A stretch of DNA of 32,000 nt, from assembly GCF_000012805.1 (NCBI RefSeq), contig NC_007484.1:1110001-1142000 (forward strand). The letters are read 5' to 3'. The notes beneath the pieces are model-generated. The model made no database searches. It worked only from the letters and a program-made list of their open reading frames with translations, and had not been told where the DNA came from. Shown piece after piece: positions 1-8,696 of this stretch; the first letter of the stretch is position 1; each line of letters opens with the position of its first letter. Source of the stretch: Nitrosococcus oceani ATCC 19707 (lineage in GTDB: Bacteria > Pseudomonadota > Gammaproteobacteria > Nitrosococcales > Nitrosococcaceae). The position numbers and the translations under genes were made by a program.

Positions 1-2
1 CT

Positions 3-710
3 TTGCCGGTTTTTCGTGAACGATTCTCCCAAGCACAAACCTTGGTTCTTGTGGATGATGAAATCAGCACAGGGCGGACGCTGAGAGAGCTAAGCTACAG
101 AGTGATACAAGCGTTACCCCATATTCGGCAAATTATGCTGGTGTCAATTGTCAATTGGCTTTCGCCCGCTCAAAAGCAGGTATTTCAAGAAAATGTTAAC
201 CGGCCGGTGTCTTTTGTTAGTTTGTTAGAAGGCGTGTTTTCGTTTATTCCTAATTTGGAATTTAGCCCTTCCTTGCCAGGAAAAGCTAGGCTATTTCAGC
301 CGGCGCGGCATGCTTGCCAGCAGACCGGCCGGCGGGGAATAGAGATAGGAGAAAAGTTCCAGGTGTCGAACGGTCCTTATCCAAAGGAGCGTAAGGTGTC
401 TGTGGTGGGGACCGGTGAGTTTCAATTTCAACCTTTTTTATGGGCGGAGCAGCTGGAAAGAAAAGGCTTTGATGTTCTGTTTCAGAGCACTACCCGTTCC
501 CCTATTCGGGTGGGCGGACCCATTGGCGAAAGTCTTAGCTTCAAAGATGAATATGGGGGAGGCATCCATACCTATCTTCATAATCCTCCTCGCGGCAGGG
601 AAGTTATTATTGCCTACGAATTTGCCGAATTAGCACGTAATCACAATCTTCCGGAGCAGCTTGGTGGAAGTATTTGGGGAGCGGCTGCCAATACGGGATG
701 GGATGGCTGA
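3..710 (+). CDS. Ter-cluster-associated phosphoribosyltransferase with C-terminal TRSP domain (5' end lies outside the window)
   Basis: The frame is open from the window edge. It has a type-I PRTase PRPP loop (LVLVDDEISTGRT) and the TRSP signature (LFQSTTRSPIRVGG), as I recall for Pfam PRTase_2+TRSP proteins. The stop TGA at 708-710 directly abuts the next ATG at 711. Confidence 0.75.
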   Translation: MPVFRERFSQAQTLVLVDDEISTGRTLRELSYRVIQALPHIRQIMLVSIVNWLSPAQKQVFQENVNRPVSFVSLLEGVFSFIPNLEFSPSLPGKARLFQPARHACQQTGRRGIEIGEKFQVSNGPYPKERKVSVVGTGEFQFQPFLWAEQLERKGFDVLFQSTTRSPIRVGGPIGESLSFKDEYGGGIHTYLHNPPRGREVIIAYEFAELARNHNLPEQLGGSIWGAAANTGWDG

Positions 711-1454
711 ATGGAGCGTTCCGTATTCATCTTTTCTGATCTAGATGATACTTTGTTGCAGACTCAACGCAAATGCGGGGTATCGGGTCCATTAACGGAG
801 GCGGCGGTCGATAGAGAAGGCCGTCCCTTGTCTTTCCACTCCCAGGAACAATTATTGTTGTTGCGGCTCTTTAAAGCTTGCACTTTGATTCCCGTGACCG
901 GACGCAATTTAGAGGCGTTGGGTCGAATTCGCTCACCCCTCTTTTCCAGCTATCGGGTCACTAGTCACGGTGCATTGGTTTGGGATGCCAATAATGCTTT
1001 AATCCCGGAGTGGGAGAGCACCATTAGGGGAGAGGCGCTGATTTGGGAACCGCGGATGCAACGTCTTCTTGCGGTAATGGAGGGCTATCAGCGGGCGGAG
1101 CAGGTAGAAAATTTGCGGTTTCGTATTATTTATGATGCACAGATACCTGTCTATCTTTCTATCAAGGGTAGCCCCGGACAGCTTTCAGCAGTCGAGGAGA
1201 TAGTGGCTCCAGTTTGGGTCCAGGAAATGGGAGGAAAATTTCACCGCAATGACCATAATATGGCGCTCCTTCCTCCTTATGCGGATAAGGGCAGGGCTGT
1301 GAAATACATCATGACGCTGATCCGCCAACGTTGTGAAGGGCCACCGTTATTTATTGGTATGGGTGACAGCTTGACCGATATTCCTTTCCTCCGTGCTTGC
1401 CATTACGCGCTTACACCGCAAAATAGTCAAATTCAACAGGAAGCTTGGATGTGA
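711..1454 (+). CDS. HAD-superfamily phosphatase (Ter-module associated)
   Basis: HAD motif I is present (FIFSDLDDTLLQ, DxDxT), and there is a C-terminal GMGDSLTDIPF motif (HAD motif IV-like). It is translationally coupled to both neighbours. Confidence 0.75.
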   Translation: MERSVFIFSDLDDTLLQTQRKCGVSGPLTEAAVDREGRPLSFHSQEQLLLLRLFKACTLIPVTGRNLEALGRIRSPLFSSYRVTSHGALVWDANNALIPEWESTIRGEALIWEPRMQRLLAVMEGYQRAEQVENLRFRIIYDAQIPVYLSIKGSPGQLSAVEEIVAPVWVQEMGGKFHRNDHNMALLPPYADKGRAVKYIMTLIRQRCEGPPLFIGMGDSLTDIPFLRACHYALTPQNSQIQQEAWM

Positions 1455-2575
1455 GCCGGGCGGTGGATCGCCCCGTCGGGATTGAACCTGGGCTTTCTCC
1501 TATCACGGGAAGTTACCGCCAGGACGATTGCCAATTTTTATTGACTCCACTCCAAGCCGAATTCTTCTCCATCCAAGAGAAGGAACGCCTGATTCAATCG
1601 GGTGAGAAGCATTATTCGGAGATGATCAGCTTTGAATCACCGCCTAGCGAAGCTTATTTAACCTTATTCCGAAACTTAACCCAGCGCCATAAAGGCCGTT
1701 TGGCTGCCGAAGTGATGAGGCTGGCGCAGAGTATTGTTAATACTCGACTGGCGCCTATTACTCTGGTGTCGCTGGTTCGAGCGGGTACGCCCATCGGGGC
1801 TTTATTGCAACGGGCCTTGAGCCGTCACCTCCAAGTGGATTCCCGGCACTATTCCATTTCTATTATCCGAGATCGGGGAATTGATGAACAAGCTTTAAAA
1901 TTCTTATTAAGAGAACATCGGCGTCCGGCGGCGGGGGTGGTATTTGTGGATGCCTGGACGGCCAAAGGAGTCATCACCGAAGAGTTAAAACGGGCCATTG
2001 CCCATTGGAACGCCCGCCATCAGGAGCAGCTCAAAGACACGCTTTATGTAATCTCTGACATCGGCGGAGTGGCGGATATAGCTGCGACCTATGAAGATTA
2101 TGTGATTCCCTCTGGTATTCTCAATGCGCCGGTTTCAGGGCTCATTTCCCGTTCCCTATTAAACCGCCAGATTCAACCGGGGCAGTTCCATGGCTGTACT
2201 CTTTATGAGCACCTACAGCAGTATGATGTTAGTCATTGGTTCCTGGATGAAATAGAAGCGGAAATGGATGTTAACATCGTTGCGCCCCTTCCTTCTATTT
2301 CCCGCGGGGAGCGTTATGCCCAAACCCGGATTTATCTCAATCGTTGGATCGATAGTTATGGCATTGGGGATATCAATCATATTAAACCGGGTATTGCGGA
2401 AGCAACCCGGGTGATGTTGCGCCGGGTTCCGGAAAGGCTTTTGCTGCGGGACCCGGGGGCGGAGGAAGTCGCTCATTTATTGATATTGGCGGAAGAGAAG
2501 GGGGTAGTGGTCGAGCATCAGCCGAATATGCCTTTTAATGCGGTGGCTTTTATCAAAACGATAAAAACAAGTTAG
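1445..2575 (+). CDS. StiP-family protein (PRTase_1 domain plus C-terminal PELOTA-like domain)
   Basis: It has a PRTase-like loop (GVVFVDAWTAKGVI) and a C-terminal L7Ae/PELOTA-like segment (EEVAHLLILAEEKGVVVEHQPNMPFNAVAFIK). The start is TTG 1445 or GTG 1451; the latter overlaps the HAD stop (ATGTGA). The genomic context matches Ter-associated clusters. Confidence 0.65.
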   Translation: MDVSRAVDRPVGIEPGLSPITGSYRQDDCQFLLTPLQAEFFSIQEKERLIQSGEKHYSEMISFESPPSEAYLTLFRNLTQRHKGRLAAEVMRLAQSIVNTRLAPITLVSLVRAGTPIGALLQRALSRHLQVDSRHYSISIIRDRGIDEQALKFLLREHRRPAAGVVFVDAWTAKGVITEELKRAIAHWNARHQEQLKDTLYVISDIGGVADIAATYEDYVIPSGILNAPVSGLISRSLLNRQIQPGQFHGCTLYEHLQQYDVSHWFLDEIEAEMDVNIVAPLPSISRGERYAQTRIYLNRWIDSYGIGDINHIKPGIAEATRVMLRRVPERLLLRDPGAEEVAHLLILAEEKGVVVEHQPNMPFNAVAFIKTIKTS

Positions 2576-2604
2576 GCTATTCTATAAACTTCTAGAGAAA
2601 AGCC

Positions 2605-3582
2605 ATGTACCTGTCACAACTCCAGAGCACTCAGTCGACGGTAAAAACTTATCTGGCGCAGGCCCAAATACCCCATTATATGGAACTGGGTGCTACCCTT
2701 TATATGCCTGCTACGCGGAAAGATATTGCAAGAGTTCTCAATCAACAAAAGCTGACTGGTTTGCGTTCGGCGGTGGTATGCACTGAAGATTCCATCTTGG
2801 AACAAGATCTATCTCCTGCGCTCGCTAATTTACGGTTAGTATTAGAGCAACTTCGCCCTTCCTCCATGCTGCGTTTCATTCGTCCTCGCAACCTCGAGGT
2901 ATTGTCTCAATTGATGCGTATCCCTGAAATTAGAAGGATAGATGGATTTATATTGCCTAAGGTAGACGAGAAGAATCTGCCACTTTACGCAGAACTGGCT
3001 GCCCGGATTCCAGAGCTACTTTTGATGCCTACGCTTGAGACTGAGATGGCTTTTAGTCGGCAACGGCTTGAGGCACTGCGTAAGGGACTTGCTAAGGTGA
3101 GCAATCCCATTTTATGCCTTCGGATTGGTGGTAATGATCTCCTGCGTTTGTTGGGGTTAAAGCGGCCTAAACATTTGACAATATACGATACGCCGCTGCG
3201 GAACATCATCAATGATGTCATCCTGACTTTCCGTCCAGCGGGTTATGGGCTTTCTTCTCCGGTTTTTGAGTATCTTGATAACTATGCTACTTTGCAGCGT
3301 GAAGTAGCGTTGGATATTGTCCATGGCTTGCTCACGAAGGCAGCCATTCATCCTAGTCAAATTCCAGTGGTGGAAAGGGCCTATCAGGTCTGTCAAAAAG
3401 ATATGGAGTTAGCGCAGCGCGTCCTTGAGGAAGGAACGCCAGCCGTTTTTAAACTTAATAGCCAAATGGTTGAACCGGCTACCCATTGCGCATGGGCGGA
3501 ACGGCTGCTGTTACAAGCCGAGCTGTATGGTGTCTGTTGTGAGCAGCTGAACGGGTGTGATTGTACTCCCAATGTTTCTTGA
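2605..3582 (+). CDS. HpcH/HpaI/citrate-lyase-beta-like TIM-barrel C-C bond lyase (Ter-module associated)
   Basis: 325 aa with an ATG start at 2605. The ATLYMPA, VCTEDS and LRIGGNDL segments resemble the HpcH/CitE aldolase fold. Its position after the StiP-like gene is typical of Ter-linked biosynthetic modules. Confidence 0.6.
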   Translation: MYLSQLQSTQSTVKTYLAQAQIPHYMELGATLYMPATRKDIARVLNQQKLTGLRSAVVCTEDSILEQDLSPALANLRLVLEQLRPSSMLRFIRPRNLEVLSQLMRIPEIRRIDGFILPKVDEKNLPLYAELAARIPELLLMPTLETEMAFSRQRLEALRKGLAKVSNPILCLRIGGNDLLRLLGLKRPKHLTIYDTPLRNIINDVILTFRPAGYGLSSPVFEYLDNYATLQREVALDIVHGLLTKAAIHPSQIPVVERAYQVCQKDMELAQRVLEEGTPAVFKLNSQMVEPATHCAWAERLLLQAELYGVCCEQLNGCDCTPNVS

Positions 3583-3630
3583 AAACTATTCTTTGTAGAA
3601 ACACAAAAAAATTTTAATTATCAATTATTT

Positions 3631-4632
3631 ATGAGACATTTCAAATACTCTTTTTTAGTAACCGTGGCGGGCTTGGTGGCAGCCTTTCTATGGGGTGGAC
3701 CTGCCGGTTTATTTATTGCCGCGATCCTGGGCGTTCTCGAAATTAGCTTGTCCTTCGATAATGCGGTCGTCAATGCATCTGTGCTTAAGGATATGGACCC
3801 CAAGTGGCAAGCTCGTTTTCTGACCTGGGGTATTCTGATTGCTGTATTTGGAATGCGCTTGGTTTTTCCCGTGGCCATTGTGGCTATTGTGGCTGATATT
3901 GGGATACTAGAAGTGACACAGATGGCGCTTAATGATCCGGATGCTTATTCAGCTCATTTGCTCGCTTCCCATGTAGATATTTCCGCTTTTGGCGGTATGT
4001 TTTTGCTGATGGTGTTTTTATCCTTTTTGCTTGATGAGACAAAAGAGCTGCATTGGTGGGGGCTGGTTGAAGAGAAATTGGCCGGGATCGGTAAGCTGGA
4101 ATCCATCGAGATCGTTATCGCCCTGGGAGTTTTATGGGCTCTCCAAAGTTTCTTGCCGCCCGAGGAGAAACTAGATGCCATGCTGGCTGGGATTAGTGGT
4201 GTCATGCTCTTCGTCATTGTAGGTAGTGCGTCTGGATTATTTGAGGTAGAGGAAACAGGAGAAGCGGTTACCCATGCGGCGAAGCGTAGTGGAGTAATGG
4301 GTTTTCTCTATCTTGAGGTATTGGATGCTTCTTTCTCTTTTGATGGTGTTATTGGTGCTTTTGCCATTAGCAAGGATGTCATTATTATTATGCTGGGCTT
4401 GGCGATTGGCGCCATGTTTGTTCGTTCTATTACGGTATACTTAGTCCGCAAGGGCACCCTAAGCGAGTACGTTTTCCTTGAGCATGGCGCCCACTATGCT
4501 ATTGGAGCCTTGGCGCTTATCATGCTCGCAAGCACCAAAGTTCATATACCCGAAGTGGTGACAGGGTTGATTGGTGCGGCTTTCATCGGTTTGTCTTTGC
4601 TTTCTTCTATTCGGTATCGAAATAAACATTAA
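3631..4632 (+). CDS. TerC-superfamily integral membrane protein (DUF475-like)
   Basis: It is polytopic and hydrophobic throughout. The TerC-type motif occurs twice (LEISLSFDNAVVNA and LEVLDASFSFDGVIGA). Confidence 0.75.
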   Translation: MRHFKYSFLVTVAGLVAAFLWGGPAGLFIAAILGVLEISLSFDNAVVNASVLKDMDPKWQARFLTWGILIAVFGMRLVFPVAIVAIVADIGILEVTQMALNDPDAYSAHLLASHVDISAFGGMFLLMVFLSFLLDETKELHWWGLVEEKLAGIGKLESIEIVIALGVLWALQSFLPPEEKLDAMLAGISGVMLFVIVGSASGLFEVEETGEAVTHAAKRSGVMGFLYLEVLDASFSFDGVIGAFAISKDVIIIMLGLAIGAMFVRSITVYLVRKGTLSEYVFLEHGAHYAIGALALIMLASTKVHIPEVVTGLIGAAFIGLSLLSSIRYRNKH

Positions 4633-4717
4633 TTTCAGAAAGAAAAGAGCTAAGGTATAATTCAGAAAAAAATGATACTTTTTTGAATTATAGAGAGTGT
4701 CTTTATTAGGAGGGGAT

Positions 4718-5305
4718 ATGCCAGTTAAGCTAGTAAAAGGTCAAAAGATTTCTCTTGAAAAAGAAAGCGGCGGGGCCTTAAGTAAGGTCGTCATGGGGTT
4801 GGGTTGGGATGCGGCAGGTACAGGGAAAAAGGGATTTTTCGGCTTTGGCGGCGGTGGCCAGCAAATCGATTTAGATGCCTCTTGCGTTCTGTTTGATGAA
4901 TCAGGCAATGTACTAGATACAGTCTGGTTTCGTCAGTTGCAAAGTAAAGATGGGAGCATTACCCACACTGGTGATAATCTTACGGGTGAAGGAGAAGGGG
5001 ACGATGAACAAATTATTGTGGATTTAACCCGGATTCCTGCGAGCGTCAAGAGTTTAGTGTTTGTGGTCAATAGCTTTACCGGGCAAAATTTTGGCCAGGT
5101 CGAAAATGCATTTTGCCGCCTGGTTAATCATAGCGATAACGCGGAAATTGCCCGTTATGATCTAAGCTGTCAAGGGAATCACAGTGCCCAGGTAATGGCG
5201 AAAATTTATCGCCATAATAACGATTGGAAAATGCATGCCATTGGTGAAAATGCGAGCGGTAGAACTTTTAATGACCTGCTCCCTGCTATTCGCCCTCATT
5301 TGTGA
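4718..5305 (+). CDS. terD: TerD-family stress/Ca2+-binding protein
   Basis: The N-terminus (MPVKLVKGQKISL), GLGWD, DLDAS and the Ca-binding motif GDNLTGEGEGDDE are all TerD hallmarks. ATG 4718 is preferred over the track start 4697 because the SD AGGAGGGG at 4708-4715 sits just upstream. Confidence 0.9.
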   Translation: MPVKLVKGQKISLEKESGGALSKVVMGLGWDAAGTGKKGFFGFGGGGQQIDLDASCVLFDESGNVLDTVWFRQLQSKDGSITHTGDNLTGEGEGDDEQIIVDLTRIPASVKSLVFVVNSFTGQNFGQVENAFCRLVNHSDNAEIARYDLSCQGNHSAQVMAKIYRHNNDWKMHAIGENASGRTFNDLLPAIRPHL

Positions 5306-5371
5306 TTTTTTCTGATAGATAGCCATGTTCGTGGTGCGCTATATAGGCAGAAGTTATGAGTTTAACAGAGA

Positions 5372-5412
5372 GCTTTCTCCGGCGTATTACCCTGCACGTA
5401 GCCGGAGAAAGC
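5372..5412 (+). other. Perfect 12-bp stem hairpin downstream of terD (possible terminator or RNA element)
   Basis: GCTTTCTCCGGC (5372-5383) and GCCGGAGAAAGC (5401-5412) are exact reverse complements with a 17-nt loop. A T6 run follows only at 5430-5435, so this is not a canonical intrinsic terminator. Confidence 0.35.
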
Positions 5413-5650
5413 CGCTCGCTACCTCCTGGTTTTTTACCAGCAATAGGCGCGCACCCTTCTAGCGCTTAAAGTTCTTCGCTCTCTGGTAATAAACTTCTTT
5501 TTTTTAGAGAGCTGAACGGCTCGCGTGTACTGCTATGGCCGCTGATGGACTCCTCATTCGCTGCTTTGCGAAGTGAGGATAACCTTGCGCTACTACTTAC
5601 CGATAATAGCTAGCGCAACTTCACGAGCATTGCCTGACCTTCAGTCGCGC

Positions 5651-5812
5651 TTATCTGCGAGGCGATTGTCGCCATAATATAAATGCCGAGATGAAAGCGG
5701 CAATAAAAATGAGGACAAAAAACTCCGTAAACTTGGCTCCCGCAATGCCTAAAAATGCTAGCAAGATAGCTACAATAGCAATAATAAGAGAAAGTATCGC
5801 AAGTGAAGGCAT
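5651..5812 (-). CDS. Small two-helix membrane protein, 53 aa, not in the ORF track (UPF0391/YtjA-like architecture)
   Basis: My hand translation is MPSLAILSLIIAIVAILLAFLGIAGAKFTEFFVLIFIAAFISAFILWRQSPRR, followed by a stop. The SD AGAGGAA lies about 8 nt upstream. It has two hydrophobic helices and a basic tail. An in-frame ATG at 5818 would add 2 aa. Confidence 0.5.
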   Translation of the reverse strand: MPSLAILSLIIAIVAILLAFLGIAGAKFTEFFVLIFIAAFISAFILWRQSPRR

Positions 5813-5919
5813 AATCATTTCCTCTATTTGTTTGGGTTTGGGATCTCCATATTTCCACCGTAATGGTTATATTTAGTGTAGGCTAAAAAAATAGTTTAAA
5901 AAGGAGGTAATTAGGCTTA

Positions 5920-7302
5920 ATGGCTGAGCAGCAGGGTAATATGCCTCATCAAAGCGCATTGTTTACTGATCTTTACCAGCTGAGGATGATGCAGTCCTAT
6001 TATGCGGAAGAGATGAACGCCGTTGCTGTATTCGAATTGTTTTTCCGCAAACTTCCCTCGAATCGCAACTTTGTGATGGCGGCGGGGCTCGATAATGTTC
6101 TGAGCTATCTTGAGCATCTACATTTTACGGACGAGGAGCAAGACTGGCTCAAGCAGCAAGGAGGATTCAGTCAACAATTTTTGCGGCAATTGCAGGATTT
6201 TAATTTTACCGGGGACGTGTTTGCCGTGCCGGAAGGCACCTTAGTGTTTGAAAATGAACCGGTCGTGCAGGTGATTGCGCCGCTTCCAGAGGCCCAGTTA
6301 GTGGAAACCTATCTGCTGAATCAAATTCATTTACAAAGCGTTCTGGCCACCAAGGCGGCGAGGGTAGTGAGTGCGGCTCGCGGCCATAAGGTGGTGGATT
6401 TTGGTTCACGGCGCGCCCATGGGACTGATGCGGCGCTAAAGGTAGCACGCACTAGCTACCTGGCTGGCGCAAATGCTACCTCCAATGTTTTTGCGGGCCG
6501 TGCTTATGATATACCAGTGGTGGGTACGATGGCACATAGCTTCATCCAAGCCCATCCGAGTGAATATGCGGCCCTCCGGGCTTTTATTCAGGAATTTCCA
6601 GACACTACTTTGTTAGTGGATACCTATGATACTTTGGCGGGGGTTCGTAAAGTCATTGCGTTAGCAGAGGCGCTGGGTCAGGATTTCAAGGTGGAAGCTG
6701 TTCGGCTTGATTCAGGAGACCTGGGTAAGCTAGCTAAAGAATCCCGCCGGCTGTTCGATGAAGCCGGGCTAAACCAAGTACGAATTGTGGCTTCCAGCGG
6801 ATTAGATGAGTATAAAATCCAGGCTCTACTGAAAGAGGGGGCACCTATCGATGGGTTTGGCGTGGGCACCCAATTAGCTGTTTCGGGGGATGCACCAGAG
6901 ATTGATTTCTCTTATAAATTGGTTGAATATGCGAGCCGTCCGCGGATGAAATTATCCTCAAGCAAAGAGCTCTTGCCAGGCCGCAAGCAAGTCTTTAGAT
7001 TCTTTGAAGCCGACAGGATGAAGCGGGATGTCATTGCCTGCTTTGAGGAAAATTCAGACGGCAAGCCCTTGCTTGAGCAAGTCATGAGCCAGGGTAAACG
7101 GCTTGAGCAAGGACGAGTTTCTCTGGAGAATGCACGGGAGCATGCCCGCCAGCAAATGGCACTGCTGCCTCCCGAACTTCACGCTCTGCAACGCGTGAAG
7201 CTGGGATATCCCGTGGCGGTCAGCAACTCATTGCGCCAAACTAATGAACAACTGCAGCGGGAGTTGGCCGTGGAACTCAGCCCTCGGCTTAGCGCCTCCT
7301 AG
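5920..7302 (+). CDS. pncB: Nicotinate phosphoribosyltransferase
   Basis: 460 aa. The N-terminal ALFTDLYQLRMMQSYY and the segments VVDFGSRRAHG, GTMAHSFIQ and VRLDSGDL are typical of NAPRTase. AAGGAGG lies upstream at 5901-5907. Confidence 0.85.
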   Translation: MAEQQGNMPHQSALFTDLYQLRMMQSYYAEEMNAVAVFELFFRKLPSNRNFVMAAGLDNVLSYLEHLHFTDEEQDWLKQQGGFSQQFLRQLQDFNFTGDVFAVPEGTLVFENEPVVQVIAPLPEAQLVETYLLNQIHLQSVLATKAARVVSAARGHKVVDFGSRRAHGTDAALKVARTSYLAGANATSNVFAGRAYDIPVVGTMAHSFIQAHPSEYAALRAFIQEFPDTTLLVDTYDTLAGVRKVIALAEALGQDFKVEAVRLDSGDLGKLAKESRRLFDEAGLNQVRIVASSGLDEYKIQALLKEGAPIDGFGVGTQLAVSGDAPEIDFSYKLVEYASRPRMKLSSSKELLPGRKQVFRFFEADRMKRDVIACFEENSDGKPLLEQVMSQGKRLEQGRVSLENAREHARQQMALLPPELHALQRVKLGYPVAVSNSLRQTNEQLQRELAVELSPRLSAS

Positions 7303-7372
7303 TTGGCCCTGATTCCTCTTAAATTCGGATAAGTTCCCTACAAACCGATCTCTCCCTCCTTGGCTTGCCTGC

Positions 7373-8662
7373 CTATTCTTCTGGTTTTTTAGCGGCTGGG
7401 ACGGTCAGCATTAGCACAAAGCCAACGAGAAGAAAAATGACGATAGCGCCCATGCCAATTCGCTGGCTGCCCGCCAGGTAAGTGATCCAGCCCACCAATA
7501 AGGGACCTAGGAAGGCGGTCGCTTTGCCAGAAAGGGCAAACAAGCCGAACATTTCATTGCGCAAGGACTCTGGCGCCACTCGTGCTAAAAAAGATCGGCT
7601 TGCGGCTTGGGCCGGTCCCACAAATATTCCGAGCAGGAGTCCAAAGGTCCAAAAGAGGGTCGAGGTTTCCACGATCAGGATCAGGGTGGTCAGCAAAATC
7701 AAGCTAATCAGGGATAACAGGATGGTCTTTTTGCTGCCTATCCAGTCGTCTATCCAGGCAAAAGCCGCGGCTCCCAGGCCAGCAGTGACGTTAAGGGCGA
7801 TTCCAAACAGGAGTATTTCTTGCTCGTCCATGTCGAAGGTTCCGGCCGCATAGACACCGCCAAAAGCAAACAAAGTTGCCAGACCGTCGATATAAAACAT
7901 GCGTGCAATAAGGAAGCGAGCGATAGTGCTGTACTGGCGTACATGGCGAATGGAGTCATAAAGCTGCCTCATTCCATCTTTCGTTGCCCGCCAGAGGGGT
8001 TTGCCGGTGCCTTGGGTATCGGGTGTGATGAGAAACAAGGGGAGGGCAAACAGTAAGTACCACCCGGAGACCAGGGGAAAGGTAGCGCGCACAGGCTCAG
8101 CGGAATCGGGGTCCAGGCCAAACCAATGATTTCCCCCTTGGATGAAGGCAAAGAGGGCGACGATTAGACAGGCTACGCCACCTGCATAGCCGATACTCCA
8201 GCCCCAGCCGGACCACCGCCCTACATATTTCGGTCCCGCCAAGCCGGGCAGCATGGCATTGTAAAAGATGAAAGCAAATTCAGCGCCGAGGGTGCCTAGC
8301 CCAACTAGTAGCAGTGCCAGCCAGGCATAGTCAGGCGTAGGTTTGATAAACCATAGAAGCGCCGTGGCTATAACGCACAATAAGGTGAAGACGATAATCC
8401 AGGGCTTGCGGCGTCCCCCTTGGTCGGCAATGGCCCCCAGGAGCGGTCCCGTAATGGCGATAACAAGCCCGGAGATGCCCACTATGTTCCCCCATTGGGC
8501 GCTGCCAAGAGTCTCGTTTTCCGCCACTTGCCGGGTAAAATAGGCGGCGAACACAAAGGTGGTGATAACGGCGGCAAAGGCGCTATTGGCCCAATCGTAT
8601 AAAGCCCAGGAGATAAGGCTTGCTTTAGAAGCGGGCGTTGAATGATGGCCAGATTGTGTCAT
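7373..8662 (-). CDS. MFS transporter, UMF1/Atg22-like family
   Basis: 429 aa with about 12 hydrophobic segments. The N-terminal SWALYDWANSAF signature is typical of UMF1 family transporters. Confidence 0.75.
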   Translation of the reverse strand: MTQSGHHSTPASKASLISWALYDWANSAFAAVITTFVFAAYFTRQVAENETLGSAQWGNIVGISGLVIAITGPLLGAIADQGGRRKPWIIVFTLLCVIATALLWFIKPTPDYAWLALLLVGLGTLGAEFAFIFYNAMLPGLAGPKYVGRWSGWGWSIGYAGGVACLIVALFAFIQGGNHWFGLDPDSAEPVRATFPLVSGWYLLFALPLFLITPDTQGTGKPLWRATKDGMRQLYDSIRHVRQYSTIARFLIARMFYIDGLATLFAFGGVYAAGTFDMDEQEILLFGIALNVTAGLGAAAFAWIDDWIGSKKTILLSLISLILLTTLILIVETSTLFWTFGLLLGIFVGPAQAASRSFLARVAPESLRNEMFGLFALSGKATAFLGPLLVGWITYLAGSQRIGMGAIVIFLLVGFVLMLTVPAAKKPEE

Positions 8663-8696
8663 TATTTTTTACTAATTTGAAAGACGTTTCCGAGCC

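Noticed and set aside
4657-4691. AT-only hairpin (ATAATTCAGAAAAAA...TTTTTTGAATTAT) between the TerC-like gene and terD, considered as a terminator.
   Set aside because: The stem is almost entirely A-T with a bulge, so it is predicted to be weak. The genes look co-transcribed, so it may only modulate expression. The support is not enough for a feature call.
5610-5876. Track ORFs 5610-5858 (-) and 5691-5876 (+) in the terD-pncB spacer.
   Set aside because: Their Cys/Tyr/His-rich or Lys/Ile-rich translations lack an RBS. A different minus-strand frame gives a much more protein-like 53-aa membrane peptide with an SD, and I report that one instead.
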